From the NCBI GenBank assembly GCA_947372225.1, contig CANBSV010000004.1, forward strand, positions 830-64,829: 64,000 nt of DNA, written 5' to 3'. Below the pieces are notes generated by a model. The model had not been told where the DNA came from, did not search any database, and worked only from the letters and a program-made list of their open reading frames with translations. The translations under genes were made by a program, and so were the position numbers. Shown here in pieces: positions 1 through 13,714 of this stretch. This stretch comes from Burkholderiales bacterium. GTDB lineage: Bacteria; Pseudomonadota; Gammaproteobacteria; Burkholderiales; Burkholderiaceae_C. Every line of letters starts with the position of its first letter. Within the stretch, counting starts at the first letter, position 1.

Positions 1-1232
1 GTGGGCTCGAAGAAATGGTTCAGCCGCGTGCGTGGCGCCAGGTAGGTGAGCACCGCCTCAGGCAACGAAGACGGCCTCAGGCTGCGCCGTATGCCCAACC
101 CTTCCACGGACTGGAGATCGAGGACGGGGGCGTGATCGCGTGGCACCCGAGGGTCGTGCACGATCACGCGCGGCCTGAGCGTGCGCGACGAGATCACGCC
201 CACCACCAGCGCATACCGGTCGTCGGTGAGCTGTACCACCGACCCCACCGGGTACACGCCCATCATCTTGATGAACGCACCGAGGATCGCCGTGTCGAAC
301 TGCTTGTGGCTGTGGGTGAACAGGTGCGCCACGGCCTCGTGCGGCGTGAGCGCCTTTCCCGGGTTCACCGGGTTGCACAAGTTGTCGTAGGCGTTGACCA
401 ACGACACGATGCGCGCCAGCGTGGAAGTGCGCTCGCTGCTCAGGCCATAGGGAAAACCGCCGCCGTCGCTGTATTCGTGGTGCTGCTCGAGGATCAGCGA
501 CGCCCCGGGGGTCAGCTCCATGTGCTGCGCATGTGCAATGCCGCAAGCGACGTGGTTTTCATAGAGCCGCCGCTCCGCCATGTTGAAGTGGTCTTCGCGA
601 TGACGGTAGCGCTCAAGCAGATCGGTCTTGCCCACATCGTGCAGCAAGGAACCCATTCCGAGGTCGAGCATGTCGGAATCACCGAGCCCGAACGAGCGGC
701 CCATCAGCAGCGAGATCACGCTGACGTTGACCGCATGGGCAGACGTGCGGTCACCCGTGCCTTCGGCGAGCAGCTGGATGCACATGTCATCGGCACCGGC
801 CATCTTGTCGACCAGCTGGCGGGTCAGTGCCTCCGCAGCCGTTCGCGCGGCGGCCGGATGCTCGACGACGCGCTCAAAAACCTTCTTGGATGCCTTGGCC
901 GCTTCGCCAAACTGGCGCTCGCCGGCCGTGAGCAGCGGGCTCGGAGCGGTGTGAGCCTGCGGGCTGCGGCGACGGTCGGCCACCACACCCCGACGGTCCA
1001 CGACCGGCGCCGCAGCAGGTGCTTCGGTCGCCGCGGCAGATTCCATCGCTTCGGGACTCCAGCGCACGCGCTGCAGCCCCAGCGAGCGCAGCGTCGCGAT
1101 CTGGTCAGCGCTCGAGATCTTGAAGCTCGACATCGGAAACGGATGCGACATCCATCCACCGTCCAGGTGGATGAGCATGCCGACCGTGAGCGCGTCGACT
1201 TCGATGGTTTCTTGAGTTTGGGCAGGTTTCAT
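1..1232 (-). CDS. HD-GYP domain c-di-GMP phosphodiesterase with DUF3391-like N-terminus (3' end cut by window edge)
   Basis: Absent from the ORF track because it runs off the window edge. My translation of the minus strand from ATG at 1232 gives MKPAQTQETIEVDALTVGMLIHLDGGWMSHPFPMSSFKI..., then ...SLLHDVGK... (HD) and ...HHEYSDGGGFPYGL... (HHE-x2-DG-x-G[Y/F]P). The frame stays open to position 1. Confidence 0.85.
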   Translation of the reverse strand, partial: MKPAQTQETIEVDALTVGMLIHLDGGWMSHPFPMSSFKISSADQIATLRSLGLQRVRWSPEAMESAAATEAPAAAPVVDRRGVVADRRRSPQAHTAPSPLLTAGERQFGEAAKASKKVFERVVEHPAAARTAAEALTRQLVDKMAGADDMCIQLLAEGTGDRTSAHAVNVSVISLLMGRSFGLGDSDMLDLGMGSLLHDVGKTDLLERYRHREDHFNMAERRLYENHVACGIAHAQHMELTPGASLILEQHHEYSDGGGFPYGLSSERTSTLARIVSLVNAYDNLCNPVNPGKALTPHEAVAHLFTHSHKQFDTAILGAFIKMMGVYPVGSVVQLTDDRYALVVGVISSRTLRPRVIVHDPRVPRDHAPVLDLQSVEGLGIRRSLRPSSLPEAVLTYLAPRTRLNHFFEP

Positions 1233-1387
1233 GGGAGACAGCACGGCCCATACGCAGCCGCGTCTTCCCGTTTTCGGCAGCCCCGCGCACCACTTGAGCG
1301 CCAACGGGGGTCGGCCGGTGCCCATGGGAGCGCCCGCTCACACCGTGTGAAGGCGCCCGTTGACGCTGGAGATGCGGCTGTCGCCGC

Positions 1388-2808
1388 TCAGCGAGCCTTC
1401 GAGCGCTGAGTCACCGCCAGGTCCAGCACCCGACGGGCCTCGGCGAAGTCGAAGGCATCGAGGGCGGTTTGCATGTCGTGCATGCGTGCGCCCATCAGCG
1501 GCTCGAAGACGGACGACAAGCCTTGCCAGACGTCGCGCGCGCGGGGGTCGCCATCAACCAGCAAGCGTCCCAGATAGGCGATGAAGCCATCCATGCGCTC
1601 GGCGGTATCCGGCGACATCGCCGGTGCCACGCCTGCCGGTTGGCCGATCGACATGCGCAGGCTGAACCAGAACGTGCTGCCGTGGCCCTGCGAGGACTCG
1701 AAACCCAGCTCACCGCCCATCAGCGCCACGGTGCGCTTGGCCAACGCCAGCTCGAGCCCCAGGCCGTCGAAGGCCCGTGTCGCAGAGTTGTCCGACTGCT
1801 CGAAGGCCTGGTACAGGCGCGTTTGGTACTCCGGGGTCAGCCCGACACCCTGATCCTGCACCTCGAAGCGCAGCGTCACGGCATCCGCGTGGTTGCCGAT
1901 GAGCAGCACCCGCAAAGTGACGTGGCCGGGCTGATCGGCGGAAAACTTGACCGCGTTCGAAATCAGCGTGGTGAGCACCTGGCGCAGCCGCAAGGGGTCG
2001 CCCCTGAGCTCCAGTGGCAAGTCGGGCGCCTGTATGCGTCGCAGGCTCAGTCCCTTGGCGTGCATCTCGTCGGCAAACTCGCGCTCGACCTGATCGATCA
2101 GGATCGACAGGTTCAGATCGATCTTTTCGACGCCGAGCGTGGCCGCCTGTGCCGCGGCAAAGTCGGTCACCACCTCGATGCGGCGCAGCAGGTGCTCTTG
2201 CGCCGACTTCACGGACACCAGCAAATCCTGGGCGCGGGGCATGCCTTGTATCTCGCGCCCGAGCAGGTAGGTGAAGCCCATCAGGTGGTTCATCGGCGTG
2301 CGCAGCTCATGGCTGACCTTGCCCAGAAAAGCGCTCTTGGCACGATCGGCCGCACGCGCCTCGTCAGTCGCCTGCGCCAGCTCGAGCGTGCGTTGATGGA
2401 CACGCTCTTCCAGATGATCGCGATGGCTCTTGAGCTCGAGTTGCAGCGAGATGCGCGCGCGCAGCACCTCCTTGTTCACCGGCTTGTGCACAAAGTCCAC
2501 AGCGCCGCCGGTCAACGCCAGCGTCTCGCTGGCCGGCGAGGTGTCGGCGGTCACGAAGATCACCGGGATGTCGCGGGTCTGGGCGCCTTGCTTGAGCGCC
2601 GCGCAGACCTCATAGCCATCCATGTCCGGCATCATCACGTCGAGCAGGATCAGGTCGGGCTTGTCCACGGCCAGCAGCTCCAGCGCCTGCGGCCCGGAAG
2701 TCGCCACCATCAGCTCGTAGGCGCCGCCGAGCAGCGCCACCAGCGTGGCAATGTTCAACGGCTCGTCGTCAACGATCAGGATCGTTTCACGGGGAGTCTG
2801 GCTCGCGG

Positions 2809-2812
<4 letters not shown>
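1388..2812 (-). CDS. Hybrid response-regulator/histidine kinase (N-terminal REC, HisKA, HATPase_c, about 70-aa C-terminal tail)
   Basis: Track ORF 1388..2959. The likely start is the MTASQTPRETILIVDDEPLN... Met at 2812, which overlaps the upstream stop as ATGA. Motifs seen: REC (DLILLDVMMPDMDG), H-box (SHELRTPMN), G-boxes (DQGVGL, GLGLELA). Confidence 0.9.
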
Positions 2813-6156
<3,344 letters not shown>

Positions 6157-6410
6157 GGGTGGTGTCTCGTGCGACTGCCTTGATCGCCGATGCGGGCTGC
6201 TGGCGAAAGGTCAAGGCGACCAGCGAATGTACCGGACGGGGCGCGGGCTCCAAGCCGGGCCGCGCAAGGGCCGGCGGCGGCGCACCGGTGATCCCGCCAC
6301 CATGGACGCAGCCCCACCGCGCCGCTGGTGGGGCATTTGACCCACGGCAGGGGGACTTGCCCCACTTTTCGCGGCCCGCGCCTTGCCCATCAAAAGAAAA
6401 AGTTGATCTA

Positions 6411-6423
6411 AATCAATCACTTG
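6411..6423 (+). promoter_or_regulatory. Candidate IHF site (AATCAATCACTTG matches WATCAANNNNTTR)
   Basis: Exact match to the IHF consensus as I remember it. It is preceded by the A-tract caaaagaaaaag, in the most AT-rich spot of the 375-bp divergent intergenic region, about 27 nt upstream of the TGGCAC element. Confidence 0.3.
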
Positions 6424-6449
6424 GGATCTTGGGCGGAGCGTCGGCTCAC

Positions 6450-6465
6450 TGGCACAGCTTGTGCG
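6450..6465 (+). promoter_or_regulatory. Candidate sigma-54 (-24/-12) promoter TGGCACagcttGTGC
   Basis: TGGCAC at 6450-6455 and GC at 6463-6464 give the GG-N10-GC spacing. The -12 element is GTGC rather than TTGC. It lies about 65 nt upstream of the ATG at 6531. Confidence 0.35.
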
Positions 6466-6530
6466 CTCTCAGAGGGCGCGCCGGTTTTTCGGCGTTCACC
6501 GATCCAAACCGCCTGCATCAGGAGAGATCC

Positions 6531-8126
<1,596 letters not shown>

Positions 8127-8147
8127 TCCCCGGCTGATTCCAGCCCG

Positions 8148-8178
8148 AGCGGCGCCACCCCACAAGGGTGGCGCCGCT
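8148..8178 (+). terminator. Rho-independent-like terminator hairpin
   Basis: agcggcgccaccc-cacaa-gggtggcgccgct forms a 13-bp perfect stem 21 nt after the stop at 8126. It is followed by tgcatttgtg, a weak T-tract. Confidence 0.6.
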
Positions 8179-8331
8179 TGCATTTGTGCCCGCCTCGAAC
8201 TGCGCTGGGCCCAGGTTCGGCAACGCCGGCACACCCGTGCGAACCCGGTCGCCCGATGGCACCGAGCTTGAATTGCCTTGGCGCAGCTGATTCGATGACG
8301 GTGTGAGCGCCATCGCGCGCCGGTCAGCCGG

Positions 8332-8889
8332 TCAAGGAACTGCGGCGTCCATCAATCCCATGTCGGCGCTGCTCATCAAGGCATCGATGTCGGTCAGGAT
8401 CAGCATTCGCTCGACATCGCCGTTTTTGATGCAGCCGATGCCCATGATGTAGCCGGCGTCCACCAGGGTGCTCAGTTGCGGCGCCGGCTTGATGTCGTCG
8501 GCACCGAGCGCAATCACGTCAGACACCGAATCGACCACCGCACCGATCACCCGGCCGCGCACGTTCAGCACGATGACCACGGTCGAGCCGTTGTACTCCG
8601 CCGATTCGCAACCGAGCTTCAAGCGCAGATCGACGATGGGCACGATCACACCTCGCAGGTTGACCACGCCCTTGATGAAGGCCGGAGCATTGGCGATGCG
8701 CATGGACGCTTCGTAGCTGCGGATTTCCTGCACACGCAGGATGTCGATGCCGTACTCCTCGCCGCCCAGCCGGAAGCTGAGGAACTCGTTGGGAGCGGCG
8801 ACGAACTCACGCCTCGCACTCGTCGTGGACGACGCAGCAGCTGCCGGGTTCGTCGCGCCGATCGGACGCTCTTCGGTGATCGTGCTCAT
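8332..8889 (-). CDS. cheW: Chemotaxis coupling protein CheW (orphan, monocistronic)
   Basis: Likely start is MSTITEERPIG... at 8889 within track ORF 8332..9105. CheW-like core: FLSFRLGGEEYGIDILRVQEIR...IKGVVNLRGVIVPIVDLR...VVIVLNV...IGAVVDSVSDV. Confidence 0.85.
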   Translation of the reverse strand: MSTITEERPIGATNPAAAASSTTSARREFVAAPNEFLSFRLGGEEYGIDILRVQEIRSYEASMRIANAPAFIKGVVNLRGVIVPIVDLRLKLGCESAEYNGSTVVIVLNVRGRVIGAVVDSVSDVIALGADDIKPAPQLSTLVDAGYIMGIGCIKNGDVERMLILTDIDALMSSADMGLMDAAVP

Positions 8890-9018
8890 TTCGATGTCCT
8901 TCACAGTGGGGGCGGGGATGACGGGGTGCTGCGCGTTCAGAACGGTTCCCGACTGCCAGTGCCGGTGCCCGGTGCTGCGCCGGTCAACACGCTCGCGCCA
9001 GTCGACCACACGACTCAG

Positions 9019-9046
9019 GTATCGGTGCGAACGGGTGCACTCTTTA
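9019..9046 (-). promoter_or_regulatory. Candidate sigma-28 (FliA)-type promoter upstream of cheW
   Basis: The minus strand reads TAAAg-N15/16-aCCGATAc, against the remembered consensus TAAA-N15-GCCGATAA. It lies about 130 nt upstream of the cheW ATG. The spacer is one nt long and the -10 element matches 6 of 8. Confidence 0.25.
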
Positions 9047-9224
9047 GCAACTTGTGGAGTGCCGGTGACTGGCGATCGCCGGTCAGCGCAAAGTGCACAA
9101 ACCACCCAGTCGTGGAAGCGCGCCGCGGGCTCACGGTGGCGTCGGTAAGAATGGACTCGTCACGACGACTGACATGGGTGCCCGCGATTCCATGCGGGTC
9201 ATTCGCCACCACGGAGACCCGGTG

Positions 9225-10145
9225 ATGCCTCGCAGTACAGCACCAAGCACGGCACCACCCGTCAGTGCAGACCATGTTCGGCCGTCCTCGGGCCATGGAG
9301 TCGCTCGGCGCGCCTCGACACCCAGGGGCGGCCGGCTGTGGAGCGCGCTCGGCGTCATCGTCGGCACCCTCGGGCTGTCGCCGGGCGGACTGCGGGCCGC
9401 CGACACCCAAATTGACGCGCTGCGCCACCACATCACCGTCGGTGCACCGCTGAACACGACGCTCAGCTACCTGCAAGCAGGCAATCCCACTTCGCCACGG
9501 CTGATCCTGGTGCACGGCACACCGGGATCGGCCTCGGGCTGGTCCGATTACCTGACAAGCCCACCGCCGGGCGCCGACGTGGTGGCGCTGGACAGGCCGG
9601 GCTTTGGCGAAAGCGGCCCGGAGGGCGCGGTGACCAGCCTGGAACTGCAGGCGGCAGCGGTCTATGCGCTCTTCCCGACGGACGGGCGGCGCGTCGTGCT
9701 GCTGGGTCATTCACTTGGCGGCCCGATCGTCGCGCGTGTCGCGGCAGAGCATCCTGACCGCGTGGCGGCGGTGGTGCTGCTGGCGGCGTCGCTTGACCCG
9801 GCGCTGGAAGAGATCAATCCGATGCAATGGGTCGGCACCTGGGCGGCGGTTCGCTGGGCGTTGCCGCGCGCCATCCGCAACGCCAATGCCGAGCTGATCG
9901 CGCTCAAGCCCGAGCTGGAATCACTGAATCGCCTGCTGCCGAAGATCACCGCGCCTGTGTTGATCGTGCACGGCACGAAGGATGACCTGGTGCCGGTGGC
10001 CAATGTGCCGTTCATGCAAGCCGGGCTCAGCGGCTCGCGCTGCGTGAAGACCGAGTTGCTCGAAGGACAGAACCATTTCCTGCCGTGGAATTCGACCGGC
10101 GTCGTGCGAAAAGCGATCGCCTGGGCACTCGGGGTGTCGTGCTGA
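9225..10145 (+). CDS. Exported or membrane-anchored alpha/beta-fold hydrolase
   Basis: Nucleophile elbow LLGHSLGGPIV, HGTPGS oxyanion region and HGTKDDLVP...NH late motifs. A hydrophobic N-terminal segment is present (LWSALGVIVGTLGL). ATG 9225 has GGAG 8 nt upstream; alternative starts are 9093, 9174 and 9192. Confidence 0.8.
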   Translation: MPRSTAPSTAPPVSADHVRPSSGHGVARRASTPRGGRLWSALGVIVGTLGLSPGGLRAADTQIDALRHHITVGAPLNTTLSYLQAGNPTSPRLILVHGTPGSASGWSDYLTSPPPGADVVALDRPGFGESGPEGAVTSLELQAAAVYALFPTDGRRVVLLGHSLGGPIVARVAAEHPDRVAAVVLLAASLDPALEEINPMQWVGTWAAVRWALPRAIRNANAELIALKPELESLNRLLPKITAPVLIVHGTKDDLVPVANVPFMQAGLSGSRCVKTELLEGQNHFLPWNSTGVVRKAIAWALGVSC

Positions 10146-10777
10146 ACGACGCCATCACCATGGCGGTCGCCAATTGGCACGCCGTCGTCACCTGGTTCCT
10201 GGCGGCGCTCGAGGGCATGGCCGATCCATGGGTGATCGCCCTCGCGCTGGTACTGACCACGTTGCTGCTCGAAGACGTTGCGATCGCCGCTGGTGTCGCG
10301 CTGGCCACGCAAGGCACGATTTCCTGGGGCCTGTCTCTGGCCGCAGTGGGCGGCGGCATTGCCGGCGGTGATCTGGGCCTTTATGCGCTGGGCCTCGGCG
10401 CGACCAGCGTGCCGTGGCTGCGGCGTCGCTGCGTGGGCGAGCGCAGTGCCTGGGCCCAGGATCAGGTGACGCGCAGGCTGCCGAGCGCCGTGCTGCTCGC
10501 ACGGGTGATCCCGGGTCTGCGGCTGATCACCTACACCGCCTGCGGCTTTCTGCACGTGCCGTTCGCGCCGTTCTGCCTGTGGGTGCTGCTGGCCGTGGCG
10601 CTGTGGACCGGCGCGCTGTATGGGCTGAGCCTGGCCATCGGCGCAGCATTGGCCCGAGAGCTCGGCCTGCCCCTGCCGGTGGCGGTGGCGCTGCCCATCC
10701 TGGTGCTGGCGGCGGCCGTTCCGCTGTGGCGGATGATTCATCAACGCGGGCGACCGCCAGCCTCCTCTGCCCCATGA
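10139..10777 (+). CDS. DedA/VTT-family integral membrane protein
   Basis: Multi-TM protein with a DedA-like RVIPGLRLITYTACG motif. GTG 10139 overlaps the upstream stop (GTGCTGA); the alternative start is ATG 10160. Confidence 0.7.
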   Translation: MLNDAITMAVANWHAVVTWFLAALEGMADPWVIALALVLTTLLLEDVAIAAGVALATQGTISWGLSLAAVGGGIAGGDLGLYALGLGATSVPWLRRRCVGERSAWAQDQVTRRLPSAVLLARVIPGLRLITYTACGFLHVPFAPFCLWVLLAVALWTGALYGLSLAIGAALARELGLPLPVAVALPILVLAAAVPLWRMIHQRGRPPASSAP

Positions 10778-11907
10778 CCTCCGTGACGCCCCTGACCACA
10801 CCCGCAGTTCGCCCGCATCAGGGCATGCCCGCCTTCGACCAAAGCGGCCCGCCGACCAGCTTTTTCGAGTTCTGGCCGATGTGGGCCTTCTACCCGCCTG
10901 TCGCGCTGTACGCCGCTTGGCAGATGCTGCGCTACCGCGGCGTCCTGCTGCCCACGGTGGCCAACCCGTCGTTCCCCGGTGGCGGCTTCTTCGGTGAGTC
11001 GAAGGCCGACATCCTGGCGCTGGCGATGCAGCATGTGCCCGAATGGGTCGCGCCGTTCGTCCGGATCGAGCGGCCCGCCGCACCGTCGGACCTTGCTCAG
11101 GAGCGCGACGCGGCGCTGGCGGCATTGGCCGCCGCAGGCCTCGACCTGCCCGTGGTTGCCAAGCCCGACCTCGGCTGCCGCGGTGCCGGCGTCAAGCTCG
11201 TGCGCACGACCGACGATCTGCAGGCTTACCTCGCCGCCTTCCCGTCCGGCGCCACGCTGCTGCTGCAGCGGTTGGTCCCATTCGAGGGCGAGGCCGGCGT
11301 TTTTTACTGCCGTCGCCCAGGCCAATCGCGCGGGCGCATCGTTTCGATCACGCTGAAATACTTCCCGTATGTCATCGGCGATGGTCAGCGCACGCTGCGC
11401 GAGTTGATCCTCGCCGACCCTCGCGCCGGACGCTTGACCCACCTGTACTTCAAGCGCCACACCGCACGCCTTGATACGGTGCCGGCCGATGGCGTGGCGA
11501 TCCGGCTGGCGTTTGCCGGCAGCCACAGCCGTGGCGCGATCTTTCGCAACGGCACGCACCTGGTAACGCCCGAGATGGAAGCGCGCTTCGACGACATCGC
11601 GCAGCGCTTGCCCGAGTTCCACTTCGGCCGATTCGACGTGCGCTTCGAAGACTTCACCCAGGTGCAGGCCGGGCATGGATTCACCATCGTCGAGGTCAAC
11701 GGTGCCGGCGCCGAAAGCACGCACATCTGGGACCGCCGAACCGGCCTCATCGCAGCCTGGCGCGACCTGATGCGCCAGTACCACTGGCTGTTCGAGATCG
11801 GCGCGGCCAACCGGGCGCGCGGCTTCGCGCCGATGAGTCTGGCGGAATTCATGCGCGGCTATCGACGCGAAAAATTCCTGACCCCGCGCTATCCGGCGAC
11901 CGATTGA
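10774..11907 (+). CDS. ATP-grasp ligase with hydrophobic N-terminal anchor
   Basis: The start MTSVTPLTTP... overlaps the upstream stop as ATGA. N-terminal hydrophobic segment: FFEFWPMWAFYPPVALYAAW. ATP-grasp motifs: VVAKPDLGCRGAGVKLV and IVEVNGAGAESTHIWD. Confidence 0.75.
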   Translation: MTSVTPLTTPAVRPHQGMPAFDQSGPPTSFFEFWPMWAFYPPVALYAAWQMLRYRGVLLPTVANPSFPGGGFFGESKADILALAMQHVPEWVAPFVRIERPAAPSDLAQERDAALAALAAAGLDLPVVAKPDLGCRGAGVKLVRTTDDLQAYLAAFPSGATLLLQRLVPFEGEAGVFYCRRPGQSRGRIVSITLKYFPYVIGDGQRTLRELILADPRAGRLTHLYFKRHTARLDTVPADGVAIRLAFAGSHSRGAIFRNGTHLVTPEMEARFDDIAQRLPEFHFGRFDVRFEDFTQVQAGHGFTIVEVNGAGAESTHIWDRRTGLIAAWRDLMRQYHWLFEIGAANRARGFAPMSLAEFMRGYRREKFLTPRYPATD

Positions 11908-12061
11908 CCCTGAGGTATCGGCCTCCGATGCGTTGAATGGCGTCCCGCACGTAAAGTTGGGCGCACTCGTTCGACTATGGAACATGCGCGTCACCTTGTC
12001 ATCGCCATGGGTCCTGGCACTCATACCGTCGAATGCGACCCTCCTACCGAAAGTACCCCTC

Positions 12062-12664
12062 ATGCCGTCCTCTCACGCCCCCGTCGGGGCTGCCACCGGA
12101 GATGCCGCAAGGCTGCTTCGCTTCAACTGCCAGTTGATCGACCAGGCACTGGCACTCATCGCCGCGCACGATGGGGTCGGGGCACCGGACTATGCGCAGC
12201 GCACCGGCCCGCACCTGCGCCATGTGATCGAGCACTACGAGGCACTGATACTGCGCGGCGCCGACGGCGTGGTCGACTACGACCGCCGCCCGCGCGACCG
12301 TGAGCTTGAGCGCGATACGGGGCTGGCCCGGGCGCGTTTGGCCGCGCTGAAGCAGCAACTCGTCAATTGGTCCGACACGATGCTGGACCTGCCGCTGCGA
12401 GTGCACGGACAGGGCGGTCCGGCCGGCGAATTTGACTTCGCGACGACCTCCAGCATCGGCCGCGAGCTTGTGTTCCTGGCCAGCCACGCGACCCATCACT
12501 ACGCGCTGCTGCAGGTCTACTGCGAACAGCACGGCATCGCCACCGATCCCAACTTTGGCCGTGCGCCTTCCACCGTCGCGCATGCCTTGGGCGCCAACGC
12601 CAGCACCCCACACGTCGCCAACTCAAAGGAATTCGCATGTCCCACACTTCAACCCGCCGCCTGA
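12062..12664 (+). CDS. DinB-superfamily-like metal-dependent protein
   Basis: His-rich helical motifs HLRHVIEHYEALI and LASHATHHYALL. The start is chosen at MPSSHAP; the family assignment is from memory. Confidence 0.5.
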   Translation: MPSSHAPVGAATGDAARLLRFNCQLIDQALALIAAHDGVGAPDYAQRTGPHLRHVIEHYEALILRGADGVVDYDRRPRDRELERDTGLARARLAALKQQLVNWSDTMLDLPLRVHGQGGPAGEFDFATTSSIGRELVFLASHATHHYALLQVYCEQHGIATDPNFGRAPSTVAHALGANASTPHVANSKEFACPTLQPAA

Positions 12665-13131
12665 GTCGCCGAGCCCTGCTGGGTGCTGGCTGGTCCGCTC
12701 TGCTCGCCAGCACGGCCGCGCGCGCTGCCCAGCCGCCGATCAACACGTTGACCGGGGGCTTTTTCGGCGGTGCAGGCGACACCGCGATCTTGGGCTACGA
12801 CACAGTCGCGTATTTCACTGACGGCAAGCCGGTCAAGGGCGCGGACAGCTTCGTGTTCATCTGGATGGGGGCGAAGTGGAAATTCGCCTCGCAGGCGCAC
12901 CTCGACCTGTTCAAGGCCGCGCCCGAGAAATACGCTCCCCAGTACGGCGGCTACTGCGCATATGGGGTGTCCGTCGACAACCTGGTCAGCATCGAACCTG
13001 ACAAGTTCAAGATCATCGACGGCAAGCTGTACCTGAACTACGACGCCGACGTGCAGCAGAAGTGGCTGAAGAACCCGGCCGGGTTCATCAAGACGGCCGA
13101 TTCGAAATTCCAGACGCTGCTGAAGCAGTGA
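12637..13131 (+). CDS. YHS-domain protein with twin-arginine signal (Cys form of the YHS (seleno)protein family)
   Basis: N-terminus MSHTSTRRLSRRALLGAGWSALLASTAARA. Other motifs: GYDTVAYF, KWKFASQAHLDLF, QYGGYCAYGV. AAGGA lies 7 nt upstream of the ATG. Confidence 0.75.
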   Translation: MSHTSTRRLSRRALLGAGWSALLASTAARAAQPPINTLTGGFFGGAGDTAILGYDTVAYFTDGKPVKGADSFVFIWMGAKWKFASQAHLDLFKAAPEKYAPQYGGYCAYGVSVDNLVSIEPDKFKIIDGKLYLNYDADVQQKWLKNPAGFIKTADSKFQTLLKQ

Positions 13132-13171
13132 GCGGTCTCAACCCACTCCCCCATTGATCAAAGGATTCTTC

Positions 13172-13648
13172 ATGGCTTGGCTCAAGCGCAACGGACACTG
13201 GCTGCTCACGATCTACATCGCGTTCGTGTTCATCCAGTCGCTGTTCTTCAAGTTCACCGGATCGCCGGAAACCGTCTACATCTTCCAGGGCAAGCTCGAC
13301 CCGTGGGCCGCGTCGCTGGGCTTTGCGGGCGTGTTCGCGCCGGGCGGCATCTTTTCGGCCAAGGTGGTCGGCGCGATGGAACTGGTCGCATCGATCCTGG
13401 TGTTGGCGGGCGCCGCCATCTCCAGCCAGCGCACGGTACAGGTGCTGGGCGCAGCCTTGGGCCTGGGAGTGATCAGCGGGGCCATCTTCTTTCACCTGTT
13501 CACCCCGCTGGGTGTGGCCGTCGTCAACACCGATGGCAGCAGCGACGGGGGTGAACTGTTCACCCTGGCCTGTGGCGTGTGGGTGTGCTGTGCCGCGCTG
13601 CTGTGGCTACGCCGTTCGATCTGGCTGGGCTGGTTTGGCATCAAGTGA
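13172..13648 (+). CDS. DoxX-family membrane protein
   Basis: Small protein with four hydrophobic segments. ATG 13172 has an AAGGA SD; the track start at 13154 is TTG. Sitting next to a YHS protein is a pairing I recall for this family. Confidence 0.6.
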   Translation: MAWLKRNGHWLLTIYIAFVFIQSLFFKFTGSPETVYIFQGKLDPWAASLGFAGVFAPGGIFSAKVVGAMELVASILVLAGAAISSQRTVQVLGAALGLGVISGAIFFHLFTPLGVAVVNTDGSSDGGELFTLACGVWVCCAALLWLRRSIWLGWFGIK

Positions 13649-13714
13649 TGCAACGTCCGCTGCCGCCGTGACGGGGTCCGTTGCACTGGCGCGTCAGTTG
13701 CCTGGAGTGCGCTC

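Noticed and set aside
15-1409. A 464-aa plus-strand ORF, together with many other long track ORFs lying antisense or out of frame to recognised genes. Examples: 1469..2908, 2908..6183, 6582..8234, 16522..18303, 34819..36726, 45143..46639, 48653..50350, 57519..59621 and 59609..61297.
   Set aside because: These are typical high-GC shadow ORFs. They have Arg/Ala/Gly/Pro/His-rich low-complexity translations with no recognisable motifs. Each is fully overlapped by a gene on the other strand or frame with unmistakable family signatures.
8257-8276. TGGCAC motif (TGGCACcgagcTTGAattgc) that looks like a sigma-54 -24 element.
   Set aside because: The GG-N10 position reads GA rather than GC, and the nearby TTGC is 5 nt too far. 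There is also no downstream plus-strand gene; the next gene is cheW on the opposite strand.
8319-8334. Tandem 8-mer gccggtca/gccggtca spanning the cheW stop codon.
   Set aside because: There are only two copies and no further structure, so it is likely chance in GC-rich DNA.
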